In this document: piece after piece, positions 40,070-52,443 of the stretch
Numbering within the stretch: the stretch's first letter is position 1
How the letters are laid out: every line of letters starts with the position of its first letter
Assembly: GCF_018350175.1 (NCBI RefSeq)
Contig: NC_058368.1
Span: 176,826,001 to 176,890,000 of the forward strand
DNA from: Felis catus
Taxonomy: Eukaryota
Direction: 5' to 3'
Length of the DNA: 64,000 bases
Position numbers and translations under genes: made by a program
Notes under the pieces: model-generated
What the model was told of the DNA's origin: nothing
The model's database searches: none
Seen by the model: only the letters and a program-made list of their open reading frames with translations

Positions 40070-41614
40070 GTGATCGAGAAGAACTTGAGTGGCTGGTGGT
40101 ACATTCAGATCGAAGATAAGGAAGGGTGGGCCCCAGCCACCTTCATTGACAAGTATAAGAAGACAAGCAATGCCTCAAGACCCAACTTCCTGGCTCCCTT
40201 GCCCAACGAGGTGACCCAGCTCCGTCTGGGGGATGCAGCAGCAGCGGAGAACAACACGGGCAGTGAAGCCGTCGGCCCCTCCCGGCCCCTGCCCGACGCG
40301 CCACATGGTACCGCGGACTCCGGGATGCCGTGGTCCAAAGACTGGAAGGGCGGCAAGGAGGTCCTGAGGAAGGCGTCTTCCGACATGTCCTCGTGTGCAG
40401 GCTACGAAGAGATCTCAAGCCCCGACCTGGAGGAGAAGCCCAGCCTCCCTCCCCGGAAAGAATCCATCGTCAAGTCGGAAGGGGAGCTGCAGGAGAGGGG
40501 GCGGCAGAGGATGGAACAGCTCCGGGGCTCCTCACCCAAGCCTCCGGGCATGATTTTGCCCATGATTCCAGCCAAACACACCCCCCCGTCCCGAGACAGC
40601 AGGAGACCAGAGCCCAAACCTGACAAAAGCAAGTTGTTCCAGCTGAAAAACGAGATGGGGCTGGAGTGTGGCCACAAGGTCTTGGCCAAGGAAGTGAAGA
40701 AGCCCAACCTCCGACCCATCTCCAGACCCAAAGCTGAGCCACCAGAGGAGAAGCCGGAAGTTGTTCCCCAGAATCCCTTCTTGAAGTCCAAACCTCAGGT
40801 TAGGCCCAAACCAACTCCTTCCCCCAGGACAGAGCCACCTCAGGGCGAAGACCAAGTAGACATCTGCAACCTCAGGAGCAAGCTGAGGCCTGCCAAGTCC
40901 CAAGAGAAACCCCTACTAGATGGAGAGAGCGGTCACCAGCCTGCTGGGGGCCAAGATGCAGCCTTCAGCCGGGGCTTCCTACCAGGCGACGGGCCTGGCC
41001 GCACCCAGGACAGGACGGCCAAACAGGATGGGCTCAGCCCAAAGGAGATGTCCTGCAGAGCCCCTCCGAGGCCAGCCAAGACCGCAGATCCTGTGCCTAA
41101 GAGTGTGCCCGCCCCACTGCAGGAGGCTTCCCCGCAGAGACCCGTGGTCCTGCCCCGCAGACCACCGCCCCCCAAGAAAACCACCTCATCCTCCAGGCCC
41201 CTCCCAGAGGTCAGAGGACCACAACGGGAAGCCAATGAAGGCAAGACAGCTCCTGCCCCAGGCCGGGCCCTGCTGGTCCCTCCTAAAGCCAAACCTTTCC
41301 TTTCCAATTCCTCAGGTGGCCAAGATGACATGAGAGGCAAAGGTGGTCCGGGACCACGGATGGCGGGCAAGATCGGAGAAAACAGGGAGAAAGTAGCCGC
41401 AACCCCCTTCCCCAATGCGGATGGCCCGAAGGACTCTTTATATGTGGCTGTGGCCAACTTTGAAGGAGACGAAGATACCAGCAGCTTCCAGGAGGGGACG
41501 GTGTTCGAGGTCCGGGAAAAGAACAGCAGTGGCTGGTGGTTCTGCCAGGTCCTGAGCGGGGCCCCTTCCTGGGAAGGGTGGATTCCTTCCAACTATCTCA
41601 GAAAGAAGCCGTAG
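40070..41614 (+). CDS. SH3PXD2B: SH3PXD2B last coding exon (exon 13 equivalent): end of SH3-3, long proline-rich region, SH3-4, stop
   Basis: cccctccag|GTGATCGAG; 514 codons [13 protein letters not shown]...[14 protein letters not shown] then TAG at 41612-41614 (3' part of track ORF 39815..41614). Confidence 0.98.
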   Translation: MIEKNLSGWWYIQIEDKEGWAPATFIDKYKKTSNASRPNFLAPLPNEVTQLRLGDAAAAENNTGSEAVGPSRPLPDAPHGTADSGMPWSKDWKGGKEVLRKASSDMSSCAGYEEISSPDLEEKPSLPPRKESIVKSEGELQERGRQRMEQLRGSSPKPPGMILPMIPAKHTPPSRDSRRPEPKPDKSKLFQLKNEMGLECGHKVLAKEVKKPNLRPISRPKAEPPEEKPEVVPQNPFLKSKPQVRPKPTPSPRTEPPQGEDQVDICNLRSKLRPAKSQEKPLLDGESGHQPAGGQDAAFSRGFLPGDGPGRTQDRTAKQDGLSPKEMSCRAPPRPAKTADPVPKSVPAPLQEASPQRPVVLPRRPPPPKKTTSSSRPLPEVRGPQREANEGKTAPAPGRALLVPPKAKPFLSNSSGGQDDMRGKGGPGPRMAGKIGENREKVAATPFPNADGPKDSLYVAVANFEGDEDTSSFQEGTVFEVREKNSSGWWFCQVLSGAPSWEGWIPSNYLRKKP

Positions 41615-42984
41615 CCACCTCCTTCCCTGTGTGGCGGTCCCGTGCATCCCTGCTGGCTTTACCCACATATTTAAAATGCCTCTTAATTTATCAACCTTCA
41701 TGCAGCTTCAAAGGAAGGAGGGCTCTGGAGTACTGTGGTTTCTTCCCTCCCATCACAGCATTCCCTGGAGGCTCAGAGGGTCAGAGGCCACACCCCCTGC
41801 TCCCTCTCCAAGCCAGCATCCCTGCCTTAAGGCCGGTGGCATTGCCACCCTGTGTAGGCCACCTAGCAGCGGGACCGTGACTCTCCGACGCCTCCAAGAC
41901 CAGAACCCATGATCTGGAAACTGCAGAAAGGGTCTCTCATTGCTGGCACCCCACCCAGTCCGTGATGGCTGGCCCCCAACTTCTCCGTGTTTCTAAAATC
42001 CCAGTGACTTTATTTACTCAGTTTCCAAAATGCCTGGTACCAGAAAGAACTCCATCCCCTGGAAGTTGGCTCCATTGCCAATCCCAAGGAGATGTCCTCC
42101 TCGAGGCTCGGGGCCCGGGAGCCTCTCAGGTTTGACCAGATGCAGCTGTCCCAGGAGTGGACCTCAAGGTCTGCTGAGCCATTCTGCCTCCCATCTTCTG
42201 TCTTGGGACCCTGACTGATCCTGAGGGCATGGTCCCAGCCCCAGCACGCTTCACTTTCCCACAGCAGGGCTTTTTAAATAGGAATCCCCGCCCCACCATG
42301 GGGCATTTCACTTTGTCTCCATAGAGCAAGAATCTCAAAGTTGGTTTGAAAGGAGCTAATCACAATCCATGCCCCTTGTGAGTAGCTAGTAGGTGCCAGA
42401 CTCTGTACTTGGCACTTTACATTCATGTTTTAACCCTCACATCAACCCTCTCTTGTAGTATACCTGTTTTACGGACGAAGAACCTCAGACTCAGTGTGCC
42501 CAGGGGCACACGAGCTGGGCAGAAGAAGAACGAGGACTTGAATCGAGCTAGTGTGACTTCGGTGCCGGTGCCCTTCCCCCCAGTAAGAGGCTAACCAGGC
42601 AGGGGAAAGGAAGAAGCTAACAGTGTCAGGAGCAGGTGGCCAAGGGCTTCCTCGTGGTGTGGGCACCAGTAGCTGCTCCCACACCCACCACGCCTCCAAC
42701 CCATCACAGCTTGCGCCGAAGGCTGCCCTACACCGTGGACAGCTACTCCTCGGCAACGCGGGGATGCCCAGGGCTCTGGCGGCTGCCACAGGGCCCTGTT
42801 TCCTCCTCCTGTGCTGCTGCCTGCTCTGGGGGATAAAGCTCGTGGAGCCAAGGGAGCTCAGATGGTCTCAAGTGCCAGCCTTGAGGGGCCCTGGTGGCTC
42901 AGGGGCCAGCAGCTGCATCTCCACAGGCAGACGCCTCCCGGCCGTCTCTGCTGCTGCTTCCTGCTCCTCTCTGGCATTCACAGA

Positions 42985-42996
42985 GCAATTTTTCTT

Positions 42997-43030
<34 letters not shown>
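42985..43030. repeat. Poly(T) tract in the 3'UTR
   Basis: About 30 consecutive T. Confidence 0.95.
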
Positions 43031-43032
<2 letters not shown>

Positions 43033-46000
43033 ATGCACTCTCCCTCTCTGTCATCTCACTTCCACCCATTTGGACAGATATGCTTCACGGAGGCGCAGCT
43101 ACCCACCCTACCCTGCAGAAGAGGATCCAGCTCGGCAATCTCCAATTCAGTGATCGTCTGCTGTGATGCTTTGGGGACCACAGGGCCAGCTTTCCCAGGG
43201 ACGCCCACTGTCCCCCTGCAGTGCCAAAGACTTCTGTGCAAACAGCCCTCTTCTGCTCTCCGCTGCCCGCACTGCCATGTGGGCTCTGGATGCTTCTATG
43301 GGAGAAGGAGCATCCTGAGTCACAGTAGCGTCTTTATTCCTTCCTTCAGTCGGTCCGTGGACCCCGGGCAGGGCCCCGGGGTGCTTCTGGCGGTGCCCAC
43401 TTGCCCCCTGGCCCTCTGCCCAGAACCGTGGGGAAGGACAGTAGTCAGGGGAAGGGGGAGCCGGGAGAGGGCCACCCACATCTTTGACATCCCCTCATTT
43501 GGAAGGGAGCGAGCCCGTAGCATGGTTTTCAGAGTTTTTGACCCACTTTGGCTTAAACAGCTTTTATGAAGCTGTTATGCAGGATTCGACCACATTTCCA
43601 AAGACAGAACTCGGTCTCTTTTTTGCTGATTCACTTCTGCTTCCGTTGACCTTTCCAAGTATTTTGTGAGTGCCTACCACGTGCTAGGCACTGGGTACAC
43701 CAGGATACATGTGGCTCCAAGCCCGACTCTAAGAGCTCTGGCTTTTGTTTGCTGATTCCACTGAAGGGGTTATCTTTGGCTCCGCTCCCTCCTCCCGAAG
43801 GTCCGCTGGGCGGGAACAGACTGGTTCCACCTCCCTGTGGGCAGAAGTGGTCCTGCAAATGAAAGAATTTGCTTTTTTGTTATTAGTATTATTCTGACGC
43901 GAACCGAAGGTACTGAAACCACATTCCTCTCTGTTCACCGTTCTTTGCTCAGGACACGTCTAGGGCCTGAGGACTCCTCTCTCGGGCCGGCTCCGTTTGC
44001 CACAGTGGTGGGCCCTTCCTCAGGCAACTGGAAGTAGGGGGTCTTGATGGCCCTGTGGCTCTCCCTAGCTGTCCTTGCTCGGGAACTTAGGTTTACAGCA
44101 TTCAGCCCGGTGGCCACCATTCTGCGAGCAATTGGTGAAGCCTATGCAAAACTCCCCTGAGGTGATGCCCACAGAAAAATGCCCAAGACCACAGTTAAAA
44201 CTCCCGTGCCACGCTCAGGACAGGTCACTGGTGCTTAAACTCCTTCCTTTAACTTAACCCTCACGACAGCCCTGTGAGGGCATAGGATCAGCCCTGAGCA
44301 GTGGAGAGAAAGTTGAGGTTCACAGGGTGAAGCCACGTGCCCAGTTTTCATTCAAGTTGTGATCGAGTTGAGACTCGCGTCCACGGGTGCTCTCTCCCCA
44401 GGTCCCGGGACTTTTCCTCTGCCAATGGCAATGAAATGTGCGTGAAGCGGGTCACCCTCGCTCATAATTTCGGTTTCTCCTCCCCTCACCTCGTGATCAC
44501 ACGGAGCAGTAGGCCACAGGCCAAAGGCAGGCGGAGGTGCGTTTTGTTTTCTTTTCTTTTCTCACCCCTGCTTCGTTCCTCGTGATGACTGTTTCAGCCT
44601 ACGTCCTACGACCAAACCACAGCTTACAGTGCCACCAACTCTCTGGAAAATCTGAGTTGTAGGATCACCACTTGGCAGACTAGGCCTTTGCAAAAAATCT
44701 CTGCCATTTGGTGGGTTTATGTCACTGTCCCAGGCTGAGACGGGGGAGCTGGGCACTCGCTTGGACCACTGTTAACGCCCTACCCCGCTGAAAATTGCTG
44801 GAGCCCACGTGAGCTCCCATTAATCAATCATCTTAAGCCTCCACCACAAGGCCTTCCCATGTAACCAATCTCTTAGGCAAAGTTCTTGGCCTTAAGACAT
44901 TTCTGAGCCCACCGAGGATCCCACTACCAGGCGAAACGTAGGAAAACAAACTTGCCTCGTGAAAGGGCAGGCGCCATATCTCCCCAGGATCTGGATGGTC
45001 CTTAGGCTGAGGGACGCACTGTGTAGTATTTTTACAGCCTCTATCAAGTACAAAGCACTGTGTGGGATCAAGAAGTCACTCCTGCCTTCAAGTAGCTGGT
45101 AATTCGACATCATCAGGAACAGGAACATTCGGGGCTTGGCTGCCATCCTTTCATTGTGCCCAAGTCTCTTAAGTGTTGGGTCAGGCTGCTCCCTGGGAGG
45201 TCTCGCCCTTCTCTTTGGACTGCGTCAGTGGGTATGGGACAGCCTGAGCCCTGCACTGCAGTCCTATCCCTCCCCCTTGGTTGTCCAGGCTTCTGCTGCA
45301 AACCAGCCACACCACACCATAGACCAAAGATTACCTAATGTCAAACTCTGTGGCCTGGAGGAGTGGGAAATTGGGTCACACTGAGGCCTGAGGGTGTAGG
45401 ATGCCCTCTGTTCGCCTGGAGGAATTGCTCCTAACTTGGCTGAGGTTCTGACATTGAGACGGACCACAGCCAGGGTCCCAGATGGACCAGTCCCAGCACT
45501 GCAGAGCAAAAACCCAGAAGGCTCCGTGGTCCTCACCTGCTCATGGACCACCTGCTGAGGACCTTTCCCACAGACTTGAACGTCCAGCTTCGTAGGGTAA
45601 TGTCTGGTTTCTGGTGCTACCCTGCCAAGCTATCCACACCCTCATCACGCTTCAGCGTTTCCCTCTTCCTTCCTGTCTGCATCCCTCCTCCAAATTAGGC
45701 CTCTCAGTGACTCAACTGCTGTTATCCTTGAAGAGGCCAAACCCAGTGCTACAGCCAGTAGCCTTCACTTCTAGGTCTTCTATAAACGTACAAAAGGAGG
45801 TGCCCCCACCAGGCTTGTTACAGCAATAAGCAATTCTAACACAGCTGAGGTGTCCGTATTTTATTCCAGTGCGTGCCTGTCTATGCCTTTGTGCCCATGT
45901 AGCTGTTAATAGTGCCCCTTTCACTCGTCCAGGGGAGATGATAAACTATGGTCACCTTAGCGATCCCCGCATTTCTTGCTTCCGAGCGCCACCAACAACT

Positions 46001-46292
46001 AGGCCATCTCTCACATCCCTCCAGGAACAGGGGAGCTCTGACCACCCTGCCCCACCGCCTCCTGTCTGCTCACGGAGTGACACTGGAGATCCCTGAATGT
46101 CACAGCACTCCTCATACCCTCTTGGCAAACTGACGAATTCTGGTGGTGGTTTTTGTTTCCTTTTAACACACACACACAAATACACGAGGATATGTAATGT
46201 GAGGGGGGGAGGGTAGTGAACACTTAGCTGTAGCATGTATAGACTATATACCATTAGACTTTTTTTTTCTTTTTTCTTTTTTTTTTTTTTTT

Positions 46293-46298
46293 AATAAA
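46293..46298 (+). terminator. Polyadenylation signal AATAAA of the main SH3PXD2B mRNA
   Basis: AATAAA directly after a ~30-nt T-rich tract, TGTA motifs upstream (~46193, ~46235), GT/T-rich sequence downstream; not part of a SINE tail. Confidence 0.8.
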
Positions 46299-49187
46299 AA
46301 AGTGCTTGACTGGTTTCAAGCTTCATTGTGAAGATGCAGTGTCTATGAATTTTATTTGGCTAAAGAAGAACTACATAGCTTCGTGCCCTGGCATTTTGGG
46401 CTTGAGTTTGGGGAGTCAAAGAACAGAAGCCTGTGAGCTGTTTGGCCAAGAGGGGGGACTTCTCTGTCAGCCTCCTAGTTCATCTTGATTCTTTGAATCA
46501 CAATGTCCAGAAATTAAGGGAAAACATCCTTGTGTTCACTGGGTATCTCCCACATATCCTCAGCTCTGTGCCTAAGGGTGGAAAATTTAGCACATCCAAG
46601 GTGCCTTGAACCTCTTGCTGGTGTTGCCTACCCATGGGCAAGAGTGTGGGGTGGAGGGGAGGGGCAGCCACGCTTGGGCTGTGGGGACTGCCCAAGCCAT
46701 CTGCTCTGGGGAGAGGGAGGGCATTGTCTGACGGTTATCACCTTCCCAAGGGCACAGGCAAGGCCAAACCTACCCCCAGCCTCCTTGGCCTCAGGTGAAT
46801 CATTAAACAAAATGACACCACCACCCACCTTCCTAGGGAGAGAAGAGAACCAACAGAGTCCCTGAACAGAAAACATCAAAAGGGGAAATTTACATTTGAT
46901 ATTCACCCTCCCTTGGATGAAAGATTTCAAAGAATGCAATTACCTTCTGGACCTTGCTTAAGGATAATGGTCCTTTGTGTATTAGTCTCTGTTCCCATTA
47001 AAAAAAAAAAAAAAATCATGTGCTTCAGCCCCCTCCCCCCCTTGGGAGCATTTTCTCCCAAATCTTCCAAACTAATTGTGGTTGTTCGTAAGAATACAAG
47101 TGATAAGGGCATGGGATTCCTGGAGCAGGCATGCAGGGGCACCTGACCCTGATGGGATGGGATTGGACCATGGTCAGGAACCAAACCTGGCTGACTCTCT
47201 CGGGGGGCGGGGGGGGGGGGGGGGGGAAGGGGTTCTTACCCCATTGCCCTCAGGACTCAGTTGGAACTGGTATATTCGCCATTCCCTTTATACTGTTTAA
47301 GAAGTGCCAGGCCAAACATGACCCAGCTTGCACAAAACACCTGCACCCACACACCTGCACACACTCTCCTTCCTCTAAGGGGTCATGGTAAAGCTGTGTG
47401 TCTAAGACCCAGGTCATGCGGCCACTCTTCTCCGAATCCAAGGTGTTTAACGTCCATCATTTCTCTAGTTAGTATCCATCTGGTCCAGGTGTGATTCCTC
47501 ACCATCTTGCAACCCATGCCTCCCAATCACCCCCTGGGCTGCATCCCCTGAAAGTCAGAATCAGCAAGAAACTGCATCCTTTAAAAGTACATTGTGAGGA
47601 AATGGTCTGCATGCTCCGCTTTTGAGAAATGGCCAGACTCAGCACATTGCCTGGCGTAATCTAAGTGTTGCAAATGGTGCTCCATACACTATTATTAGCA
47701 ATGTCACCCTTATTTTTCTGAGCATTTACTGTGGTCCAGGCCTGTGGGATACACTACATGCACTTTGATTTCATCCTCAAAATGCTCTAGAAGGTAGATG
47801 TCCGCATTTTATATGTGAAGGCATGGGACCAAAGTCTCACATAGCTAGTGTGTGCTGTCTCGTCCTAAAGCTGACTCTCTCATGCCATACTATGCCCCCT
47901 CCCGCATGCTAATCAAAGCACCTATCTCATCCTGATATAACTATTCCCTGGATTCAAAATCTTGTTCAAGGAATACTCTCTCTTCCCTAAACCTAACTCT
48001 GTAATTAAGGGCAAAGGTCTAACTTTTGTTGAGAACATGCTGTTGGCTGGGCACCTTACAGATATTATCTCTTAAGCCTCCGCTACCGTTCTTCTGGGTA
48101 GGAATTGCTATGCCTATTTTATGGATGGAAATTAATAGTCTGAGAGATTAAGTTTATCTGTGGTCACAGCTAGTAAGAGGATGAACTATCCAATATCTAG
48201 CTCCAAAGCCCGTGAATTTAATAAACCATCGCAGCTTCCAAATTTGTAATCCCTCCATTCAGCATTTTTCAAAGTGTTTTCCAGAACAAATGTTAATAGA
48301 TATCCTGAAATAAGACACTGATGGGGAAACTTGAGAAACACTGGGTTAAGTAAAGTTAAATAGCTCCCTTATTACAGGATGTCTCAAAGCCTCATATAAT
48401 AACATGCAGTGTGAACGGCTGAGAGGGGGTTATTTATAGTGGGTCCCTCAAATGGACTTGACAGTGAAACCATTCACAGGGCATCTAGCAGGAGCTTGGT
48501 TTCATGCAATAAACTCTGGAAAATGTCAAAGTTTGCAGTTCAACTCTCCCTTGAATTCTGTCTGAACCACCATTCTTAGCTGATTCGTCACCCTGACTCC
48601 AGCCGTGACTCTGCCCCGCACCGCAACCCAGTCCTCAATGCTGACATACACAGCATCACCAGTACAAAATACTTCCTTGAATGGGGAGCTGCTCGTGAAC
48701 GTGGAGGTTTCTTATTGGCTATTGGTCTAACCCGAAGCAATCTGAATGGGCTTCTCCACAGTGAAATTGCCCCATGTAGGAAACTGTTCAGAAAATAGCC
48801 TTCAGGAATGTAGTTTGTGTTCTCCCTCATAACCAAAATCTCCTTTAGAGATAACTTTAAGTTAATAGCAGTATTCAGAGCATTCTAAGTCAAGTTAATA
48901 AAGTCTAGATTCACCTCCTCTTAAGACTCGGGGCCCAGATCCTACAATTCACTATGTCCTCTGGCTTCCTTTTAACTGCATGAAAATTGGCCACACGTGT
49001 AGAGTGTAGCTTACAATAGTCATCATCAGTTTTCACTGAGTATAATCAATAAAAAATTTTAGCATGTGTGTGGCATATATTTATATATGTTTTATGAAAT
49101 GAATATATCACGGACTGTCTTTTAAGGTAGCAAATTCTTCCACTCCAGGCTTGGTATTCCCTTCCACTTAAAGGGAGCTTCACTAGA

Positions 49188-49403
49188 GGGGCGCCTGGGT
49201 GGCTCAGTCAGTTAAGCATCCGGCTTCGGCTCAGATCATGATCTCACTGTGAGTTCAAACCCCACACCGGGCTCTGTGCTGACAGCTCGGAGCCTGAGGT
49301 CTGCTTTGGATTCCATGTCTCGCTCTCTCTCTGCTCCTCCCCCCCCACTCTCTCTCTCTCCCTCAAAAATAAATAAACGTTAAAAATTAAAAAAAAAAAA
49401 AAA
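49188..49403 (+). mobile_element. CAN-SINE
   Basis: Full structure; flanking agcttcact repeat. Confidence 0.92.
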
Positions 49404-49835
49404 AGAAGCTTCACTCAATCAACACTCCAGCTTTCTTTCTCCCTAGACAAGAAGAGGACATTCTCTAGATGATTGATATCTAGGGTAGCAGTTCTGTAGG
49501 GCATAGCACACTCCTCCTTCTCTCCTGTGTGGAGTCAGATATCTTCAGGGAGCACCCCTTCCAGCTGGCCCCAGACAGTGGGAGGCTTAGTGGTAAAAGG
49601 AGCCCCCACAAAAGAAGTTCTGTGCTTTTCCAGGAGCACATCTAATTCTAGGACCCAGGCATAGGAAACCCATGACTGCTGCCCATCTCACCTAAGCCAG
49701 ATTCTCCCATGGCTGTCTCAAGAAGAAAACTGACATTTTGTTTTCCAATTCCCGGGTCCTTCTGTCTCCCTCAATTCTAAATTCAGGTGTGGAGAAAGGC
49801 AAGTTATATGTTAGGCTCCTTAAAAACCACCTATA

Positions 49836-50036
49836 GGGGCGCCTTGGGTGGCTCAGTTGGTTAAGCGTTCAATCCTTGGCTTCCGCTCAGGTCACGATCT
49901 CACAGTTCATGGGATAGAGCCCCATGTCGGGCTTTGCTCTGACCGTATGGAGCCTGCTTGGGATTCTCTGTCTCCCGGTCTCTGTGCCCATCCTCCACTC
50001 CCTCCCTCTCTCTGTCAAAAGAAAATAAACATTAAA
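49836..50036 (+). mobile_element. CAN-SINE
   Basis: ggggcgccttgggtggctcagttggttaag head, aaaataaacatt tail. Confidence 0.88.
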
Positions 50037-50172
50037 TAGTACCCTATTGGCTACTGACGAAGTTAATTTTAGCTGATTTGTTATAGCAGTTTTTATATTA
50101 TAATAAAATACGTATGTAAAATTGAAAGTGAAGGATGAGCTAAAAATATATATAATTAAAAGACATAGTTTC

Positions 50173-51120
50173 TCACTATTGTGAGATAATAAGAGATTTA
50201 TATTGGTCTCTGCCCCAAGTTCCCACAGAGAGCTCCTAAAACCCTTGTAAATTGCCTGAATAAGAGTACAGGGAACATGTTTGTTCTAATAGTTGGTCTT
50301 TGATCCCAGGTTCCCGAAACAGAGCTCCTGAAACCCTTGTGATCTCCCAGGTGGGAGGCATAGCTCTGGTTCTAATAAGGTTCTTCTGGGTGAGCTCCTG
50401 GATGGCTCCGGAAGGGGAGTGGTCACCAGAAAGACCAAGCCGTGATTAGAAACTTGGCATTTTCAGCGCATCCCCTTTCTCTTGAGAGAGGAGAGGGGCT
50501 GAAAATGGGGCTAATGATCAATGTGCCTACGTGATGAAGACTCCACAGAAATCCCAGTAGTATGGGGCTCCAAGACTTCAAAATCGGCAAACACATCCAC
50601 ACCCAGAGGGTAACGCACCCTAATTCCACAAGGACAGAAGCTCCTGCACTCAGGACCCTACCAGACCTCACTATGTAGATCTCTTCCATCTGGCTGTTCA
50701 TTTATATCCTTCATCATATCCTTTAATAAACTGGTAAATGTAAGTGTTTCCCTGAGTTCTGTGAGCCTCTCTAGCAAATTGATTGAACCTGAGGAGGGGG
50801 TCATGGGAACCTCCAGTTTGCAGACAAATCAGACAGAAGTTGTAGGTACCCTGGGGACCTAACACAGTTAGCATTTGAGGTGGGGGTGGGGCAGTCTTGT
50901 GGGACTGAACCCTTAACCTGGGGTATCTGATACTGTCTCCAGGTAGGTAGTGTTAAAATCAAGTGATAGGACACCCAGCTGATGTTGCAGGGAATTGCTT
51001 GGGGCGGGGAACATACATTTGGTGACCAGAAATGTCAGAGGTAAAGTTTTCTGTGTGAGTAGTAGACGACACACACAGGAAGGAAAAACACAGGAGACAC
51101 AGGCAGAAAACAAGTGTTTC
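50173..51120 (+). mobile_element. MER21-like LTR
   Basis: tattggtctctgcccc..cagagctcctaaaacccttg (internally duplicated), ggtcaccagaaagaccaagcc, cctttaataaactggtaaatgtaagtgtttccctgagttctgtgag. Confidence 0.82.
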
Positions 51121-51447
51121 GAATTCAGCTACGCTCCAGTGACTTGCCCCATCCACCTCCTGGGCTGTGTGGACCCCACTTTGCAAAACACTGACAAAGC
51201 AACCATTATGGCCTTTGGGGTTAAACAGACCTGGTTTTGAATTCTGGCTGGGATATACACTTTGTCTTTCTGATACTTAGCATCCTTATCTGTAAAATGG
51301 GGACAATAATCTCACACAGTTGTGAAGATTAATGGAAACAGTGTATGCCTAGCACATAGCAGGCACTTCTAATAACGCATCATAATTATCATTGTTTCTA
51401 GAAAAAGTAAAAAGAATTAACAGTCTTCAGATATTTTCATCGCCTGG

Positions 51448-51655
51448 GACAGGAGTTAGCACTTTTTCTCAAAGAGTTACATAGTAAATATTTCAGGCTT
51501 TGGGAGGCAAGAGTCAAAACTAGAACGTTATGCAAGAACTTACATAACTATTTAAAATGTAACCATTTGAACATGTAAAAACCATCCTTTGCTCTGAAAA
51601 AATATGCCGCTGGGAGGATTAGGCCCAAGGGCTAGACTGCTGACCCTTGGCCTAG
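51448..51655. mobile_element. MER58-like DNA transposon
   Basis: atagtaaatatttcaggctttg..gggctagactgctgacccttg. Confidence 0.6.
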
Positions 51656-52233
51656 TCTATATTCATCTTCTATTTTATTACTGTTCTCTAAATGAAAGTT
51701 TTCCAAAGTGTGTTTGTGAGAACATCAGCCCCTCACATGATCATGAAAAAGCATCATGTGGTCGATATCCATTTGGCAAACACTTGTGTAAGTATCTTCC
51801 AAGCCTCTTTCCTTGGAGATCCGTGTGACACGCTAGCACGTTAACGGTTCTGAGAATCCTGCGGTAAGGAAGCTGTTTACCCTGGTTTAATCCAGAATTT
51901 CCAAAATGTATTTGATAATAGAATTCTCTTTTTCATGTAACATCTAAGAATATCCCACAGAATATACTTTGCATTCAGATGCTCTGCCCCTGAGCTATAA
52001 CCCCGGCCACCGAATATACTTCGGAAAATTCTGCTGTAGATCCTAGAAGGTAACCATTATTCAGCATTTCCCTGCGCTAAATTGTATTTGTGCCCTGTAA
52101 TGCATACATCTGAGGAATCTGACTTGGATCGTGTGTGTTAGTTACTATCTTCAGCAGAGTAACCAGGCCAACTTGGTCTTTAGTTTGAAAGAACTATAGA
52201 CTTTGCTGACTTTTCTCCCTGTGTTTATTTTAG

Positions 52234-52443
52234 AACCGTAAGAATGTTCACTTGGAGAATGTTAAGGAAGTCCCTGTCAGAAGGATCAAGACACCTCATA
52301 TAGCCCCTGTGTGCCCTGGGAATTGTGCCCCATGTGTTCTTGGAGGAGATCTGAGAGCCAGGCCATGTCCTTGCTGCCAGAAACCTGGATGTGCTAAATT
52401 ACTGTCACTATGGATTCCTTTTATTATGGTGAGATGCACATAG
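52234..52443 (+). CDS. SH3PXD2B: Candidate distal alternative last exon of SH3PXD2B
   Basis: gctgac branch point + ttttctccctgtgtttattttag acceptor; phase-0 reading NRKNVHLENVKEVPVRRIKTPHIAPVCPGNC...CT* is open for 69 codons and fits the phase-0 exon 12 donor. Confidence 0.4.
   Translation, partial: NRKNVHLENVKEVPVRRIKTPHIAPVCPGNCAPCVLGGDLRARPCPCCQKPGCAKLLSLWIPFIMVRCT

Larger units (their letters stand above)
41615..46320 (+). other. SH3PXD2B: SH3PXD2B 3'UTR (~4.7 kb; end approximate)
   Basis: Runs from the stop codon to the AATAAA at 46293; no CAN-SINE or L1 seen in it, unlike the flanking DNA. Confidence 0.75.

Noticed and set aside
40105..41701. Several antisense and alternate-frame ORFs (up to 219 aa) over exon 13
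   Set aside because: Expected shadows of a GC-rich coding exon; no recognisable domains
42811..43569. 252-aa and 176-aa ORFs in the 3'UTR
   Set aside because: Run through the poly(T) tract (poly-Phe), non-ATG starts, no homology recognised
50200..50345. Direct repeat of cagagctcct(a/g)aaacccttgt resembling an array
   Set aside because: Only two copies, consistent with the internal duplication of MER21-like LTRs; not CRISPR-like
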